Shown: positions 49,467-61,058, counted from the stretch's first letter. The stretch: DNA of 64,000 bases from an uncultured Arcobacter sp. (GCA_965140705.1 OZ223300.1:1312001-1376000); one strand, 5' to 3'. The notes: generated by a model not told the origin, from the sequence alone. A program made the numbers and translations.

Positions 49467-50573
49467 ATGAGATTTATTGACAAAAGAATTATTTCGCAAT
49501 TTGATTATCCCTTGATAGCTTTTATTATACCATTAATAGTATTATCTTACCAATTAGTTAGTGAAATAAATGAAAACTTAGCCCAAAGACAGCTTGGATA
49601 TTATGCACTTTCTGTATTTTTATTTTTGGGTGTATTTATTTTACCTTTAAGAAGAAACTTAAGGATTATTCCATTTCTTTATTGGCTTGGAGTTGCTTTA
49701 CTAATAGGTGTAAATTTGTTTGGTATTTCAAAACTTGGTGCTCAAAGATGGATTGAATTACCTTTTATTAATATGACAATTCAACCATCAGAATTAATAA
49801 AGCCTATATTTTTATTGATGATTGGATACTTAGTTAAAAATAGACCACCCCCAATAGGTGGATATGATTTAAAAGACTTTTTATATTTTTCAATATATAT
49901 TTTAATACCCTTTGTATCAATAGCAAAAGAGCCAGATTTGGGTACTGCTTTAATACTTTTATTAGTAGGATATGGAGTATTATTTATCATTGGAGTTAAT
50001 TGGAGGATATGGGCAACTATAATAGTTGTTTTAGGTATTGCATCTCCTTTTATTTATAATAATTTGATAAAAGATTATCAAAAGCAAAGAATTAAAGATT
50101 TCATATCAGAAGAGCCAAGTTATCACGTTCAACAATCAATTATAGCAATTGGTTCAGGTGGACTTACTGGTAAATCATCCGAAGATGCCACACAAGCACA
50201 ATTGAAATTTTTACCAATTGCAACAAGTGATTTTATTTTTGCATATTTAGTTGAAAGACATGGATATATTGGTGCAATTTTACTTATAATTATTTATATT
50301 TTACTTGTATTACATCTCTTATCCATGAATTACTATTTTTCAGATGATTTTGTAATCCGTTGTTTTGCCTCCGGAATAGCCTTATTATTGTTTTTAGATA
50401 TGAGTGTGAATATATTTATGGTTATTGGTTTTGCACCTGTTGTAGGGCTACCCTTGCCTTTAGTTTCTTATGGTGGTAGTTCTTTTATTAATTTTATTGT
50501 AATATTCGCAATTTTAGAAAACCTATTAGCCTTTAGGTTTATGGATTTATATGATTTTGAAAGGAAACTTTGA
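49467..50573 (+). CDS. rodA: Rod shape-determining protein RodA
   Basis: GAQRWI, IQPSE, EPDLGT, SYGGSS. Confidence 0.9.
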   Translation: MRFIDKRIISQFDYPLIAFIIPLIVLSYQLVSEINENLAQRQLGYYALSVFLFLGVFILPLRRNLRIIPFLYWLGVALLIGVNLFGISKLGAQRWIELPFINMTIQPSELIKPIFLLMIGYLVKNRPPPIGGYDLKDFLYFSIYILIPFVSIAKEPDLGTALILLLVGYGVLFIIGVNWRIWATIIVVLGIASPFIYNNLIKDYQKQRIKDFISEEPSYHVQQSIIAIGSGGLTGKSSEDATQAQLKFLPIATSDFIFAYLVERHGYIGAILLIIIYILLVLHLLSMNYYFSDDFVIRCFASGIALLLFLDMSVNIFMVIGFAPVVGLPLPLVSYGGSSFINFIVIFAILENLLAFRFMDLYDFERKL

Positions 50574-51424
50574 TGGAAGCACAAAACAGTAGTTTTATTG
50601 GCTTTGAAAATGATTACGAAGAATCAAAAGCAGTTTTATTTGGAGCACCATTTGATGGAACTACGTCGTTTAAACCAGGAGCTAGATTTGCACCTCCTGC
50701 GATGAGACAAGATTCTTGGGCAATAGAGAGTTATAGTCCATATTTTGATAGTGATTTAGAAGATTTAAAATTGTTTGATTATGGAGATTTAGAACTACCC
50801 TTTGGAGATAAAAAAAATGCACTAAGAATGATTCAAGAACATGTTCAAGAAATCATTGATGCAAATAAAATTCCAATTATGATAGGTGGAGAACATTTAG
50901 TTTCCCTAGCCCCTGTAAAAGCCTTAAGTAAGAAGTATGAGGATTTACATATTATACATTTTGATGCACATACAGATTTAAGAGAAGATTATTTAGGTGA
51001 AGCTTTAAGTCATGCAACAGTTATTAGAAGAATTTATGATCAACTAGGTGATGGAAAAGTAAATCAATTCTGTATTCGTTCTGGATTAAAAGAGGAGTTC
51101 GAATGGGCAAAAAAACATACCCATTTAGAAAAATTCACTTACAATACTTTACCTTCTTGTGTAAAAAGACTAAAAGACAAACCTGTTTATATAACTATTG
51201 ATTTAGATGTTTTAGACCCTGCTGTTATGCCAGGAACTGGTACTCCAGAACCAGGTGGAATAGATTTTCTTGATATGATGAATATCATAAAAGAATTAAG
51301 CAATCTTAATAATGTAGTTGGGATGGATGTTGTAGAACTAAGTCCCAAATATGATGCAAGTGGAATATCTACAGCGGTTGCATGTAAAACACTTCGAGAA
51401 TTAGTTTTAGCTACAGTTAAATAA
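50573..51424 (+). CDS. speB: Agmatinase
   Basis: GGEH, DAHTD, DLDVLDP, PGTGTPEPGG. Confidence 0.9.
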   Translation: MEAQNSSFIGFENDYEESKAVLFGAPFDGTTSFKPGARFAPPAMRQDSWAIESYSPYFDSDLEDLKLFDYGDLELPFGDKKNALRMIQEHVQEIIDANKIPIMIGGEHLVSLAPVKALSKKYEDLHIIHFDAHTDLREDYLGEALSHATVIRRIYDQLGDGKVNQFCIRSGLKEEFEWAKKHTHLEKFTYNTLPSCVKRLKDKPVYITIDLDVLDPAVMPGTGTPEPGGIDFLDMMNIIKELSNLNNVVGMDVVELSPKYDASGISTAVACKTLRELVLATVK

Positions 51425-51435
51425 CTGTGGCTAAA
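51406..51435. terminator. Hairpin between convergent genes
   Basis: TTTAGCTACAGTTA-aa-TAACTGTGGCTAAA. Confidence 0.55.
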
Positions 51436-51437
51436 TT

Positions 51438-52358
51438 TTAATTTTCTTCCATTATTTTTTTTACTTCATGAAGTAATTCAATTGAGGCTTCAATCTCTTC
51501 TTTTCTGATTGCTACACTTTCAACATTACAACCAATTGGAATACCTCTATCTTTTCCAAATGTATAAAGTTCTCTAAAAATATCAACACAAAGTTTCATA
51601 GAGTCATGTAAGATATTTCCAGAAGATTTTAAATCCTCTTCTAAATAGTTGGGAATACTAATACCAAGCCACTTCATAAAATCAAGTGTTTTTGCACTTC
51701 CACAAGGTGTTAGTGTAAATATGATTGGTACAACTTCTTTTTTATTCTCTTTTGCATATTTTGCATAGTCAGTTAAAAATATTTTTGATGCTTCAAGGTT
51801 ATATACACATTGTGTTATGAAATATTCACAAGAGTTATCTATTTTAGAAAATACTCTTAAATGCTCATCATGTTTTACCATGTGTCGTTCTGGAATTGCT
51901 ATTCCACCCATACAAAGATTATCATTAACTTCTTTTTTTAATCTATATGCTTCTTTTAGAGTCATTGGTTTTTTTTGTTCCCTTGAAGCAGCTCCCACAA
52001 ATACTGAGTGAACTTGATTCTCTTTTGTAAGTTCTAACCAAACAGGGAAACTCTTTTCATCATAATTTCCCACAGCTCTATAAACAACCCTTGGGATAAC
52101 TAAATCATTTAAATAAGTTCTTGAATACTCACAAGGGTCTAGTGTCTTAATAAAAGGAAATGGTCTTTTTTCATCTGTTCTATCTGACTCGTCTTGGATG
52201 TCATAAAGTACTAAGCCATCAATTGGAAGTTTTGAAATTCTTTCAATATGTTTTTGCGCTATTACTTTTATCTCTTCTTCTGTATGTTTTATTTTTGGTG
52301 GAGTAATACCATATAATAGTATTCCACTCTCTTTATTTCGTATTTTATCAGTTAACAT
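51438..52358 (-). CDS. Methylenetetrahydrofolate reductase-like FAD-linked oxidoreductase
   Basis: GITPPK, YFITQCVY, MKWLGISIP. Confidence 0.7.
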   Translation of the reverse strand: MLTDKIRNKESGILLYGITPPKIKHTEEEIKVIAQKHIERISKLPIDGLVLYDIQDESDRTDEKRPFPFIKTLDPCEYSRTYLNDLVIPRVVYRAVGNYDEKSFPVWLELTKENQVHSVFVGAASREQKKPMTLKEAYRLKKEVNDNLCMGGIAIPERHMVKHDEHLRVFSKIDNSCEYFITQCVYNLEASKIFLTDYAKYAKENKKEVVPIIFTLTPCGSAKTLDFMKWLGISIPNYLEEDLKSSGNILHDSMKLCVDIFRELYTFGKDRGIPIGCNVESVAIRKEEIEASIELLHEVKKIMEEN

Positions 52359-52405
52359 AATTCTCTTTTAAATAAATAATTTCCGCATATTCTACAATTT
52401 TTTTA

Positions 52406-53212
52406 TTAATAAAGCCTATAAGTAACATAGATTTTTATTTTAGTAGGTTCTTTGGGTCTTGGATAATCTTTATAGGCTACTTCTATTGTTTGAATTGTAT
52501 TTTCATCTAAAGTTTCATATCCAGAAGAACTTGTAATTATAGGATGAGTTATATCTCCATTAGGATATAAAGTAAACTCAATAATATTCATACCACTTTG
52601 TCTTGTTCTTACTGCAATATCAGGATATCTTAGATATTCTTGCGTAATTCTTCCTATATCTTTTAGATTTTTTTGTAAAAATACTTTTTGTACTTTTGTA
52701 AAAGATTTATATTCTTCCCCATATAGTTTTATATAACTTTGGGTAAGTTTATCTAACATATTCACATCTTGCACAGGCGTTGATAAAAAATCCTCCAAAG
52801 TATCTTTTTGAAGTTTTGTGGGATTTAGTTTTGTATAGTTTGGATTTACTTCACTTTTTTTAATTGGTTTGGGGCTTGTTTTTTTTACTTCTTCTTTTTT
52901 TGCTTTTCTTCTTTTTGCAACTTTTATATCACTTTTTTTTACTTTTTTATAAATAGGTTTCTCTTTTGTAAGTTTTTTAATAGGCTCTTTTTTTTCAACT
53001 TTTTCTTTAGTGATTTCTTTTTTTGGCTCAGTAATTTTAGGTTCAACTTTTTTTTCAACGGATTTTAAAATTACATACTTGATATCTGATTTTTTTGGAT
53101 TTTTAGTACTTGAGGGATTATCTTTAGCTACATCATCTTTTATCTTATATGTTTTGAAAATTAACAGATGTAAAAAGATTGATAAAATTAATGCAGGAAT
53201 AATGTACTTCAT
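52406..53212 (-). CDS. Energy transducer TonB-family protein
   Basis: N-terminal TM SIFLH, Lys/Glu-rich linker, YP...SSGY..LD C-terminal domain. Confidence 0.82.
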   Translation of the reverse strand: MKYIIPALILSIFLHLLIFKTYKIKDDVAKDNPSSTKNPKKSDIKYVILKSVEKKVEPKITEPKKEITKEKVEKKEPIKKLTKEKPIYKKVKKSDIKVAKRRKAKKEEVKKTSPKPIKKSEVNPNYTKLNPTKLQKDTLEDFLSTPVQDVNMLDKLTQSYIKLYGEEYKSFTKVQKVFLQKNLKDIGRITQEYLRYPDIAVRTRQSGMNIIEFTLYPNGDITHPIITSSSGYETLDENTIQTIEVAYKDYPRPKEPTKIKIYVTYRLY

Positions 53213-53269
53213 AATTGTATTGTAGTATAATATTGCTTTTAATTTAAAATAAAATATTTAGGAATGTAC

Positions 53270-54550
53270 ATGTTTGAAAAATCAATAAATGCTTATGAAG
53301 ATGCAAAAAAAGTAATCCCTGGTGGAGTTGATTCTCCCGTTCGTGCTTTTAATAGTGTAGGTGGAACTCCTCCATTTATAGCAAGAGGTGAGGGCGCTTA
53401 TTTAATTGATATTGATGGTAATAAGTATTTAGATTTTATTCAAAGTTGGGGACCACTTATTTTTGGACACTGTGATAAAGATATTGAAGAAGCAGTTATA
53501 AGAACTGTAATGGATGGTTTATCATTTGGAGCTCCAAGTGTTTTAGAGACTGAATTAGCACGTGAAATAGTGGAAATGTATGACAATCTTGATAAAGTTA
53601 GATTTGTGAGTAGCGGAACTGAAGCTACTATGAGTGCTATTAGATTAGCAAGAGGTGTTACTGGTAAAAATGATATTTTAAAATTTGAGGGTTGTTATCA
53701 TGGTCACTCTGATTCACTTTTAGTACAAGCTGGATCTGGTATGGCAACATTTGGAACACCAAGTTCTCCTGGAGTACCTGCTGATTTAACTAAACATACA
53801 CTTTTATGTGAATACAATAATATTGAAAATCTTAAAAAGTGTTTTGAACAAAGTTCAGATATTGCTTGTATAATTATTGAACCAATTGCTGGAAATATGG
53901 GTTTTATTCCAGCTGATATTGAGTTCTTAAAAACTTGTAGAGAGATTTGTGATGAAAATAACACTTTACTTATTTACGATGAAGTTATGACAGGGTTTAG
54001 AACTAGTTTAAAAGGTACTAGTGGAATAGTAGAACCTCAAGCTGATATTATTACTTTTGGAAAAGTAATAGGTGCAGGTATGCCTGTAGGTGCTTTTGCA
54101 TCAAGTAAAGAAATCATGGCTCACTTAAGTCCTGATGGAGCTGTTTATCAAGCAGGAACTTTAAGTGGAAATCCAGTTGCAATGGCAGCAGGACTTACAA
54201 GTTTAAGAAAGCTAAAAGCCAATCCAGCTATTTATGATGATTTAAATGCAAAAGCAGTTAGATTGACAACTGGATTAAAAGAAGTAGCTGATAAATATAA
54301 TATTCCATTTCAAGTAAATACAAGAGGAAGTATGTTCGGATTTTTCTTTTGTGATATAGATCCTAAAAACTTCAAAGAAGTAGGAACTTGTAATTTTGAT
54401 AGATTTGCAACTTTTCACCATGGTATGCTAAAAAGAGGTTTCTATTTTGCTTGTAGTCAATATGAAGCAGGATTTATTTCTACTGTTATGACAAATGAAG
54501 ATATTGATGCTTGTATAAAAGCAGCAGATGAAATAATGAAAGATATGTAA
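53270..54550 (+). CDS. hemL: Glutamate-1-semialdehyde 2,1-aminomutase
   Basis: [32 protein letters not shown]. Confidence 0.97.
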   Translation: MFEKSINAYEDAKKVIPGGVDSPVRAFNSVGGTPPFIARGEGAYLIDIDGNKYLDFIQSWGPLIFGHCDKDIEEAVIRTVMDGLSFGAPSVLETELAREIVEMYDNLDKVRFVSSGTEATMSAIRLARGVTGKNDILKFEGCYHGHSDSLLVQAGSGMATFGTPSSPGVPADLTKHTLLCEYNNIENLKKCFEQSSDIACIIIEPIAGNMGFIPADIEFLKTCREICDENNTLLIYDEVMTGFRTSLKGTSGIVEPQADIITFGKVIGAGMPVGAFASSKEIMAHLSPDGAVYQAGTLSGNPVAMAAGLTSLRKLKANPAIYDDLNAKAVRLTTGLKEVADKYNIPFQVNTRGSMFGFFFCDIDPKNFKEVGTCNFDRFATFHHGMLKRGFYFACSQYEAGFISTVMTNEDIDACIKAADEIMKDM

Positions 54551-54559
54551 GGATAAAAA

Positions 54560-54874
54560 ATGGATATTTTTAAAAGTGTTGATTTAGTAAAAAAAGCAAA
54601 TATTTATTTTGATGGAAATGTTACAAGTAGAAGTTTTGTTGATAGTGATGGGGAGAGAAAGTCATTGGGGATAATGATGCCAGGAACTTATAATTTTGGA
54701 ACAGCAGCAGCTGAAATTATGGAAATAGTAAGTGGTGAGTGTGAAGTTAAATTAAATGGTTCAGATGAATGGAAAACATACACAAGTGATACAACTTTTA
54801 AGGTTCCAGCAAATTCTAATTTTGATATTAAAGTTAAAACTGTAACTGATTATTGTTGTTCATATATTAAATAA
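54560..54874 (+). CDS. ppnP: Pyrimidine/purine nucleoside phosphorylase (DUF1255)
   Basis: [33 protein letters not shown]. Confidence 0.9.
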   Translation: MDIFKSVDLVKKANIYFDGNVTSRSFVDSDGERKSLGIMMPGTYNFGTAAAEIMEIVSGECEVKLNGSDEWKTYTSDTTFKVPANSNFDIKVKTVTDYCCSYIK

Positions 54875-54882
54875 GGAATATA

Positions 54883-55194
54883 ATGGAAAATAACACAAAT
54901 AGTAATAAACCAAAACACGAATCAAAATTGGCAGCTTTAGATAATTTATCTTTAGGTATTTCAATGGTTGTTGCCGTATTTATTGGTTTTGCTATTGGAT
55001 ATGGTTTAAAACAATGGACAGGCCTTACTTGGACTTTATGGATAGGAATATTTTTAGGAATTGCAGCAGCTATTTTAAATGTATACAAGGCATATAAAAG
55101 AGCTCAAAAAGAGTATGAGGGAATGGAAAATGATCCAAGATACTCTTATAGAGCAAAACATGGAGATAGAAATTACAGCGACGATGATAATTAA
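54883..55194 (+). CDS. AtpZ/AtpI-family small membrane protein
   Basis: Two TM helices, GFAIGYGL...GIAAAILN. Confidence 0.75.
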   Translation: MENNTNSNKPKHESKLAALDNLSLGISMVVAVFIGFAIGYGLKQWTGLTWTLWIGIFLGIAAAILNVYKAYKRAQKEYEGMENDPRYSYRAKHGDRNYSDDDN

Positions 55195-55714
55195 AAAGTT
55201 TGCCAAACTATTTTTCATAATAGATTTTATAGTAATTGTTTTTTGTATTTTATCAAATAACTATATTTGGCTTTTTAATACACAAGTTGCTTTTATCTCT
55301 TCTATGTTTATCTCACTTGCAACATTTCTTTCGTATAAAAGAAATGTTAGCAAGAGATTGGAAAATGTAGATTATGATCCTGAACTTTCAAATGATAGGG
55401 ATGAAATTGATAAAATCGATGATCCTTATGATTTATATGATGAACAAGAAATAAATCAACAAAAAGAGTTCACAGCATTAGAGATTAAAAATATAATCAA
55501 AGAAGAGAAATCAAAGGTAAAACAAAATACCTTTAAAAATACAATTTATAGTAGTACAAGCTTTATATCAATATATAGAATTTTAGGATATGTTGTACTT
55601 ATATTTGGTTTTTTTCTTTTAAATAATAATGGGATATTTCATGTAGTATCATATCTCGCAGGACTTTTTATTGTCCCACTAGCAATGATTTTTTCTAAAT
55701 TTATTTTAAAATAA
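55184..55714 (+). CDS. Hypothetical four-TM membrane protein
   Basis: Two TM pairs around an acidic loop; start at ATG 55184. Confidence 0.7.
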   Translation: MIIKKFAKLFFIIDFIVIVFCILSNNYIWLFNTQVAFISSMFISLATFLSYKRNVSKRLENVDYDPELSNDRDEIDKIDDPYDLYDEQEINQQKEFTALEIKNIIKEEKSKVKQNTFKNTIYSSTSFISIYRILGYVVLIFGFFLLNNNGIFHVVSYLAGLFIVPLAMIFSKFILK

Positions 55715-56396
55715 GAGGTAAGTCTATGATTGCTTTTTCTCTTTCTAGGGTCAAAATCATAGAGCTTCTATTTTTGTCATGTTTTACTGCACCCATATTA
55801 TACTGCTCATAGTTATCAGCATAAATCTCTATAGTAACTAAAGAGTGTTTCCTATCATCAAGTTTTATATATTCACCTGTCTTTAATTTTACAGAAGTAT
55901 TTAGTATCTTACAATTATTATCAAAAGCATCATATATACTATTTAACAGTTTTAGAAAATCAGAAGCAACCATCAAAAATTCAGGAATAGATGGATCATA
56001 ATTTTTTATAAATTTTATTTCTGATTTGGTTTTTCTAGTAGATATAGTTAAATCTACTAGAGTGAAAATATTTGTTTTAGTAGTATTTTTTGGTGCATAT
56101 TTTTTATCTTGTTTTACACTTGTACTTTTGTATAACTTCATATGGATTTCATCATCATTTTCATAAGTAACTGAAATAGCATAAAAAGTGTAGTTGTGTA
56201 AAGTTAAGTTTATATATGAGGTTTCAAAGCCATAGTTCGCAGGTGCATATTTTAGTGCCATATCATAAAGTTGCTCTTTTTTTACTCTATTAAGTAAAAA
56301 TTGAGCTTCTTGATTAGTATGTATTATTTTACCTTGAGAAGAGAAAGATAAAATAGGATTTAAATCTTGCTCTACCCAATTATCGTTAATAGTCAT
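55701..56396 (-). CDS. PAS-like domain plus degenerate histidine-kinase ATPase-like domain
   Basis: NPILSFSSQGKIIHTNQEAQ and NYDPSIPEF segments. Confidence 0.55.
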   Translation of the reverse strand: MTINDNWVEQDLNPILSFSSQGKIIHTNQEAQFLLNRVKKEQLYDMALKYAPANYGFETSYINLTLHNYTFYAISVTYENDDEIHMKLYKSTSVKQDKKYAPKNTTKTNIFTLVDLTISTRKTKSEIKFIKNYDPSIPEFLMVASDFLKLLNSIYDAFDNNCKILNTSVKLKTGEYIKLDDRKHSLVTIEIYADNYEQYNMGAVKHDKNRSSMILTLEREKAIIDLPLILK

Positions 56397-56402
56397 TAAT
56401 TA

Positions 56403-58283
56403 TTAGCTTTCTACGTAATTCTTAAGATTTTTTCCAACTTTTGGATGTTTTAATTTTTTAATTGCACTTGATTCTATCTGTCTTACTCTCTCTCTTGTAA
56501 CACTTAACTCTTTTCCTATTTCTTCAAGAGTTCTATCACTTGCATCATCCATAAGTCCAAATCTCATTCTAACAACTGCTTGTTCTCTTTCATTTAGTTG
56601 TGCTAATATTTGGTCAATTTGATTTTGTAAATCTTCTTTCATAATATTATCAACTGGTGTTGGAGCTTTATCATCAGGTACAAAGTCTCCAAATTTACCA
56701 TCTTCATCAGATCCTATTGGAGCTTCTAAAGATACGGGTTCTTTTGTGATTTTAATTACTTGTTTTACTTTATCAACAGGAAGTCCAACTTCTTTTGCGA
56801 TTTCATCCACATTTGGCTCTTTCCCATTTTCTTGAATACCTTTTCTAATAATCTTATTGATTCTATTTATAGTCTCAATCATATGAATTGGAATTCTAAT
56901 AGTTCTAGCTTGGTCAGCAATGGCTCTTGAAATTGCTTGTCTAATCCACCATGTTGCATAAGTAGAAAATTTATAACCTTTTTTATACTCAAATTTATCA
57001 ACAGCTTTCATAAGACCAATATTTCCTTCTTGGATTAGGTCTAAGAAAGGTAAACCTCTATTTGTGTATCTTTTTGCGATAGAAACAACAAGTCTAAGGT
57101 TTGATTTAGCCATTCTTGTTTTTGCCTCATCAGTGATTTTTTTACCACGTTTAATTTGCTCTAATACGTCAATTAACTCTTCTGGTTCTAAGTCAAATCC
57201 ACCTTTAGAAGCTTCTGCTGTTTGGAAAAGTTTTTTGATTTCCATATAAGTAGAAACCATAGTTGCTTCTGGAACCATTGAAGTAATTTGTATTTTAGAC
57301 AAATTAATAATATTTTCTAATAGTTTTTCATGGTTTTTCTTCAAAGTGTCATTAAAAAGCGGTAATTTATACTCTAATCTTTTTAATTCAGATTCAAAAC
57401 CTGTATCTGATTTAAGAGCAGTTTCCATAGCTTTTACAATTTCTGTAATAAGTTTAGAAGTTGGTCCTAAATCAATTAAGGCTTGTTTTAATACTTGTTT
57501 TTTAAATGCAGTTGCAAGATTGAATGAAATAACATCAAACTCTTCATCTGATTTTGCTGTTTCTTTTGATTGGAATTTTATCCAGTCTTTTTTTGCTTTT
57601 TCTAATATTTTAAATGCAGCAATAATAGTTTCTGCTCTTTTATCTAGTTTCTTTTGCTTTTTACCACTAGTCTCTTCTTCTGTCTCTTCAATCTCTTCTG
57701 CATCATCACTTGAAGCATCTTCTGTATCATCATCATCTGAATCACTATCATTATCTTCATCATCAAAATTTCTGAAAAGCTCTTTTACTTTTCTTTCTCT
57801 ATTCACTAGAGGTTCTTTATACTCTAATATAAAATCAACTAAGTATGGGACAAAACAAATAGCATCAAGAATTATATCTTCTCCCATCTCAATTTTTTTA
57901 GAGATTTCTATTTCTTCTTCTTTTGTAAGTAATGGGATTTGTCCCATTTCTCTTAAGTACATTCTAACAGGAGAATCAGATCTTGACCACTCCAAAAGTT
58001 CTTTGTTTTTTAGTAAGTCATAAACATTGTCCTCACCACCGTCAATCATCTTGTTTCGTTGGTCTTCTCTTTTTTTAGCTTCAACAGCATTCATAACTTT
58101 TGCTTGCTCTTGAGCTGTCATCATGTTTACATTATATAGTTGCATTAAAGCAATTAGTTTTTTGATATTTTGACTTGAGGGAGCTTTAGGAAAAAGCTTA
58201 ATAACTTTTTCAAAAGTTAAGGTAGAATCTTTATACTCTTTTGCTAATTTTTCAATTTCTTTATTTAAATCTTTTGCACTCAT
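56403..58283 (-). CDS. rpoD: RNA polymerase sigma-70 factor
   Basis: DSPVRMYLREMG, NLRLVVSIAK, FSTYATWWIRQA, VTRERVRQIE. Confidence 0.98.
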   Translation of the reverse strand: MSAKDLNKEIEKLAKEYKDSTLTFEKVIKLFPKAPSSQNIKKLIALMQLYNVNMMTAQEQAKVMNAVEAKKREDQRNKMIDGGEDNVYDLLKNKELLEWSRSDSPVRMYLREMGQIPLLTKEEEIEISKKIEMGEDIILDAICFVPYLVDFILEYKEPLVNRERKVKELFRNFDDEDNDSDSDDDDTEDASSDDAEEIEETEEETSGKKQKKLDKRAETIIAAFKILEKAKKDWIKFQSKETAKSDEEFDVISFNLATAFKKQVLKQALIDLGPTSKLITEIVKAMETALKSDTGFESELKRLEYKLPLFNDTLKKNHEKLLENIINLSKIQITSMVPEATMVSTYMEIKKLFQTAEASKGGFDLEPEELIDVLEQIKRGKKITDEAKTRMAKSNLRLVVSIAKRYTNRGLPFLDLIQEGNIGLMKAVDKFEYKKGYKFSTYATWWIRQAISRAIADQARTIRIPIHMIETINRINKIIRKGIQENGKEPNVDEIAKEVGLPVDKVKQVIKITKEPVSLEAPIGSDEDGKFGDFVPDDKAPTPVDNIMKEDLQNQIDQILAQLNEREQAVVRMRFGLMDDASDRTLEEIGKELSVTRERVRQIESSAIKKLKHPKVGKNLKNYVES

Positions 58284-58487
58284 GTTTTTTGTACGTTCCT
58301 TGCTTGAAAGATAAGTCAGATATTATACCCAAAATTGCTAAAATAACTATTAATTTTTGATGTTTAATCTATTATTTCTAAATTTTTAGATAAAATTCGA
58401 CTTTGCAAGAAGATAAAAATTATTAAAAGAAAAATAAATTTTGATCATTAAGTGTCATTTATTTTTTAATTTTGAAGGACTAAAAAC

Positions 58488-58988
58488 ATGAGTAAAATTA
58501 CTGGTAAAGTATGGAATTTTGGGGCAAATATTGATACTGATATTATTATTGCAGCTAGATATTTAAATAGCTCAGATCCAGAGCATTTAGCTAAATATAT
58601 TATGGAAGATGCTGATCCAGAATTTCCAAAAAAATTACAAAAAGGTGACATTATTGTCGCTGGAGAAAATTTTGGATGTGGAAGTTCAAGAGAACATGCT
58701 CCTATTGCTTTAAAAGCTGCTGGAGTTGCTGCCGTTGTTGCACCATCTTTTGCTAGAATTTTTTATAGAAATGCATTTAATATGGGATTACCAATTTTTG
58801 AATTACCTGAATCTTTAGAGATAAAAGAAGGGGAAGAGATTTCAATTGATTTAGATAATGGTGAGATTACTAATAATACACAAAATAAAACATATAAATT
58901 TACAGCTATTCCTCCTTTTATGCAAGAATTAATTGCAAGTGGTGGATTAATCAATTATGCAAAAGCTGAAATGGGTAAGGATAAATAA
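58488..58988 (+). CDS. leuD: 3-isopropylmalate dehydratase small subunit
   Basis: [24 protein letters not shown]. Confidence 0.96.
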   Translation: MSKITGKVWNFGANIDTDIIIAARYLNSSDPEHLAKYIMEDADPEFPKKLQKGDIIVAGENFGCGSSREHAPIALKAAGVAAVVAPSFARIFYRNAFNMGLPIFELPESLEIKEGEEISIDLDNGEITNNTQNKTYKFTAIPPFMQELIASGGLINYAKAEMGKDK

Positions 58989-58990
58989 CA

Positions 58991-60058
58991 ATGAAGACAT
59001 ATAATATTTCAGTAATAAAAGGTGATGGTATAGGACCTGAAATAGTTGATGAAGCTATAAAAGTTTTAGATGCGGTTTCTTATAATTGTGGATTTCAATT
59101 AGAGTATAAAGAGTATTTAATGGGTGGAATTGCCATTGATATGACTGGTGTTCCTCTTCCTGAAGAGACAGTTCAAGGTGTATTAAATTCTGATGCTTGT
59201 TTATTTGGTGCAATTGGTGGAGAAAAATGGGATACTTTACCAAGGGATTTAAGACCAGAAACTGGACTTTTAAAATTCAGAGAAGCGATGGGTGTTTATG
59301 CAAATTTAAGACCTGCTATTATTTATGACGAACTTGTAAATGCTTCAACATTAAAACCTGAAGTTATTGAGGGTGTTGATATTATGGTTGTAAGAGAGCT
59401 TATTGGTGGTATTTATTTTGGACAACCAAGAGAAAATGATGGTTTTAAAGCATATAATACTATGGTTTATACAAAACCAGAAATAGAAAGAATTGGTAAA
59501 CAAGCATTTGAATTAGCTATGAAAAGAGATAAAAGAGTTTGTTCTGTAGATAAAGCAAATGTTCTTGAAGTTTCTCAACTTTGGAGAGATACTATGGAAG
59601 AAGTAGCTCGTGATTATCCAGAAGTTAAATTATCTCATATGTATGTTGATAATGCTGCTATGCAACTTGTTAGAAATCCAAAACAATTTGATGTAATAGT
59701 AACTGGAAATATTTTTGGTGATATTTTATCTGATACTGCTTCTATGGTAGTTGGTTCTATTGGATTATTACCAAGTGCTAGTACAGGTGATAAAACAGCT
59801 ATTTATGAACCAATTCATGGTTCAGCTCCTGATATTGCAGGACAAGGAATTGCAAATCCTATTGCAACAATAGAGAGTGCTGGTATGATGCTTAGATACT
59901 CTTTAGGTGAAATTGAAGCGGCTGATTTAATCGATGGCGCTATTAAAAAAGCACTAAAAGATGGATTTAGAACAAAAGATTTAGCAGCATACGATGCTAA
60001 AGAAGTAGTTACAACATCTGAGATGGGTGATATAATTGCAAATAATTTAAGAAAATAG
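58991..60058 (+). CDS. leuB: 3-isopropylmalate dehydrogenase
   Basis: [25 protein letters not shown]. Confidence 0.97.
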   Translation: MKTYNISVIKGDGIGPEIVDEAIKVLDAVSYNCGFQLEYKEYLMGGIAIDMTGVPLPEETVQGVLNSDACLFGAIGGEKWDTLPRDLRPETGLLKFREAMGVYANLRPAIIYDELVNASTLKPEVIEGVDIMVVRELIGGIYFGQPRENDGFKAYNTMVYTKPEIERIGKQAFELAMKRDKRVCSVDKANVLEVSQLWRDTMEEVARDYPEVKLSHMYVDNAAMQLVRNPKQFDVIVTGNIFGDILSDTASMVVGSIGLLPSASTGDKTAIYEPIHGSAPDIAGQGIANPIATIESAGMMLRYSLGEIEAADLIDGAIKKALKDGFRTKDLAAYDAKEVVTTSEMGDIIANNLRK

Positions 60059-60128
60059 TAACTAAAATATTTCTTATTTATAATTAAAATGTTAAAATTA
60101 AAAAAATAATTTTTTAAAGGTATCTTTG

Positions 60129-61058
60129 ATGGGTGAAAAAAAATATAGATTGATTACAAGAAGTGATATGGATGGACTAGTGTGTGGTACGCTACTTACA
60201 TATCTTGATTTGATTGATGATATTTTATTTGTCCATCCTAAAGATATGCAAGATGGACTTATAGAAGTAAGTTCAAATGATATAACTACAAATTTACCTT
60301 ATGTTGAAGGTGTACATTTAGCTTTTGATCATCACTATAGTGAAACTTTGAGAAATAAAAAAAGAGATAATCATATTATTAATCCTGATGCTCCTAGTGC
60401 TGCACAGGTTGTATATGATTATTATGGTGGAGATGAAGTTTATCCTATGAGATTTATAGGCATGATGAAAGGTGCCAATAAAGCAGATAGTGCTGATTTT
60501 ACAATGGAAGATATTCTAGAACCACGAGCTTGGGCACTTTTGAGTTTTATTATGGATTCTAGAACAGGACTTGGTAGATTTAAAGATTTTGAAACTTCAA
60601 ATAAACAATTGATGAGAAATCTAATTGATTATTGTGCTAAACATAATATTGATGAAATTTTAGAAATTGATGAAGTAAAACAAAGAGTTGATCTTTATTT
60701 TAAATATGAAAAAGAGTTCCATGAGCAACTAAAAAAATGTACAACAATACATGGTAATGTTGCAGTTATAGATTATAAAGATGAAGAAATAATTTATCCA
60801 GGGAATAGATTTTTAGTATATGCTATGTATCCAGAGGTAAATGTCTCTATTCATGTTAGTTATACTTTTGATAGGGATAAACTAGTTTTTTCAACTGGTA
60901 AATCAATCATAAATAAAACCTCAAATACAAATGTTGGTGAACTTATGCTTAAATATGGAGGCGGTGGTCACAAAGCTGCTGGTGGATGCCAAATACCTTT
61001 AGCAGATGCTCCTAAAGTATTAGAAGAGATTATTGCAAAGTTAAATCAAGACGGTTGA
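60129..61058 (+). CDS. DHH/DHHA1 phosphoesterase (nanoRNase or exopolyphosphatase-like)
   Basis: RSDMDG, FDHH, GGGGHKAAGG. Confidence 0.82.
   Translation: MGEKKYRLITRSDMDGLVCGTLLTYLDLIDDILFVHPKDMQDGLIEVSSNDITTNLPYVEGVHLAFDHHYSETLRNKKRDNHIINPDAPSAAQVVYDYYGGDEVYPMRFIGMMKGANKADSADFTMEDILEPRAWALLSFIMDSRTGLGRFKDFETSNKQLMRNLIDYCAKHNIDEILEIDEVKQRVDLYFKYEKEFHEQLKKCTTIHGNVAVIDYKDEEIIYPGNRFLVYAMYPEVNVSIHVSYTFDRDKLVFSTGKSIINKTSNTNVGELMLKYGGGGHKAAGGCQIPLADAPKVLEEIIAKLNQDG

Noticed and set aside
54883..55714. ATP synthase operon
   Set aside because: Only an AtpZ/I-like gene and a membrane protein next to hemL; no structural atp genes are present.
57346..58023. 225-aa plus-strand ORF
   Set aside because: Antisense shadow of rpoD; its Ser-rich tract mirrors the acidic region of sigma-70.
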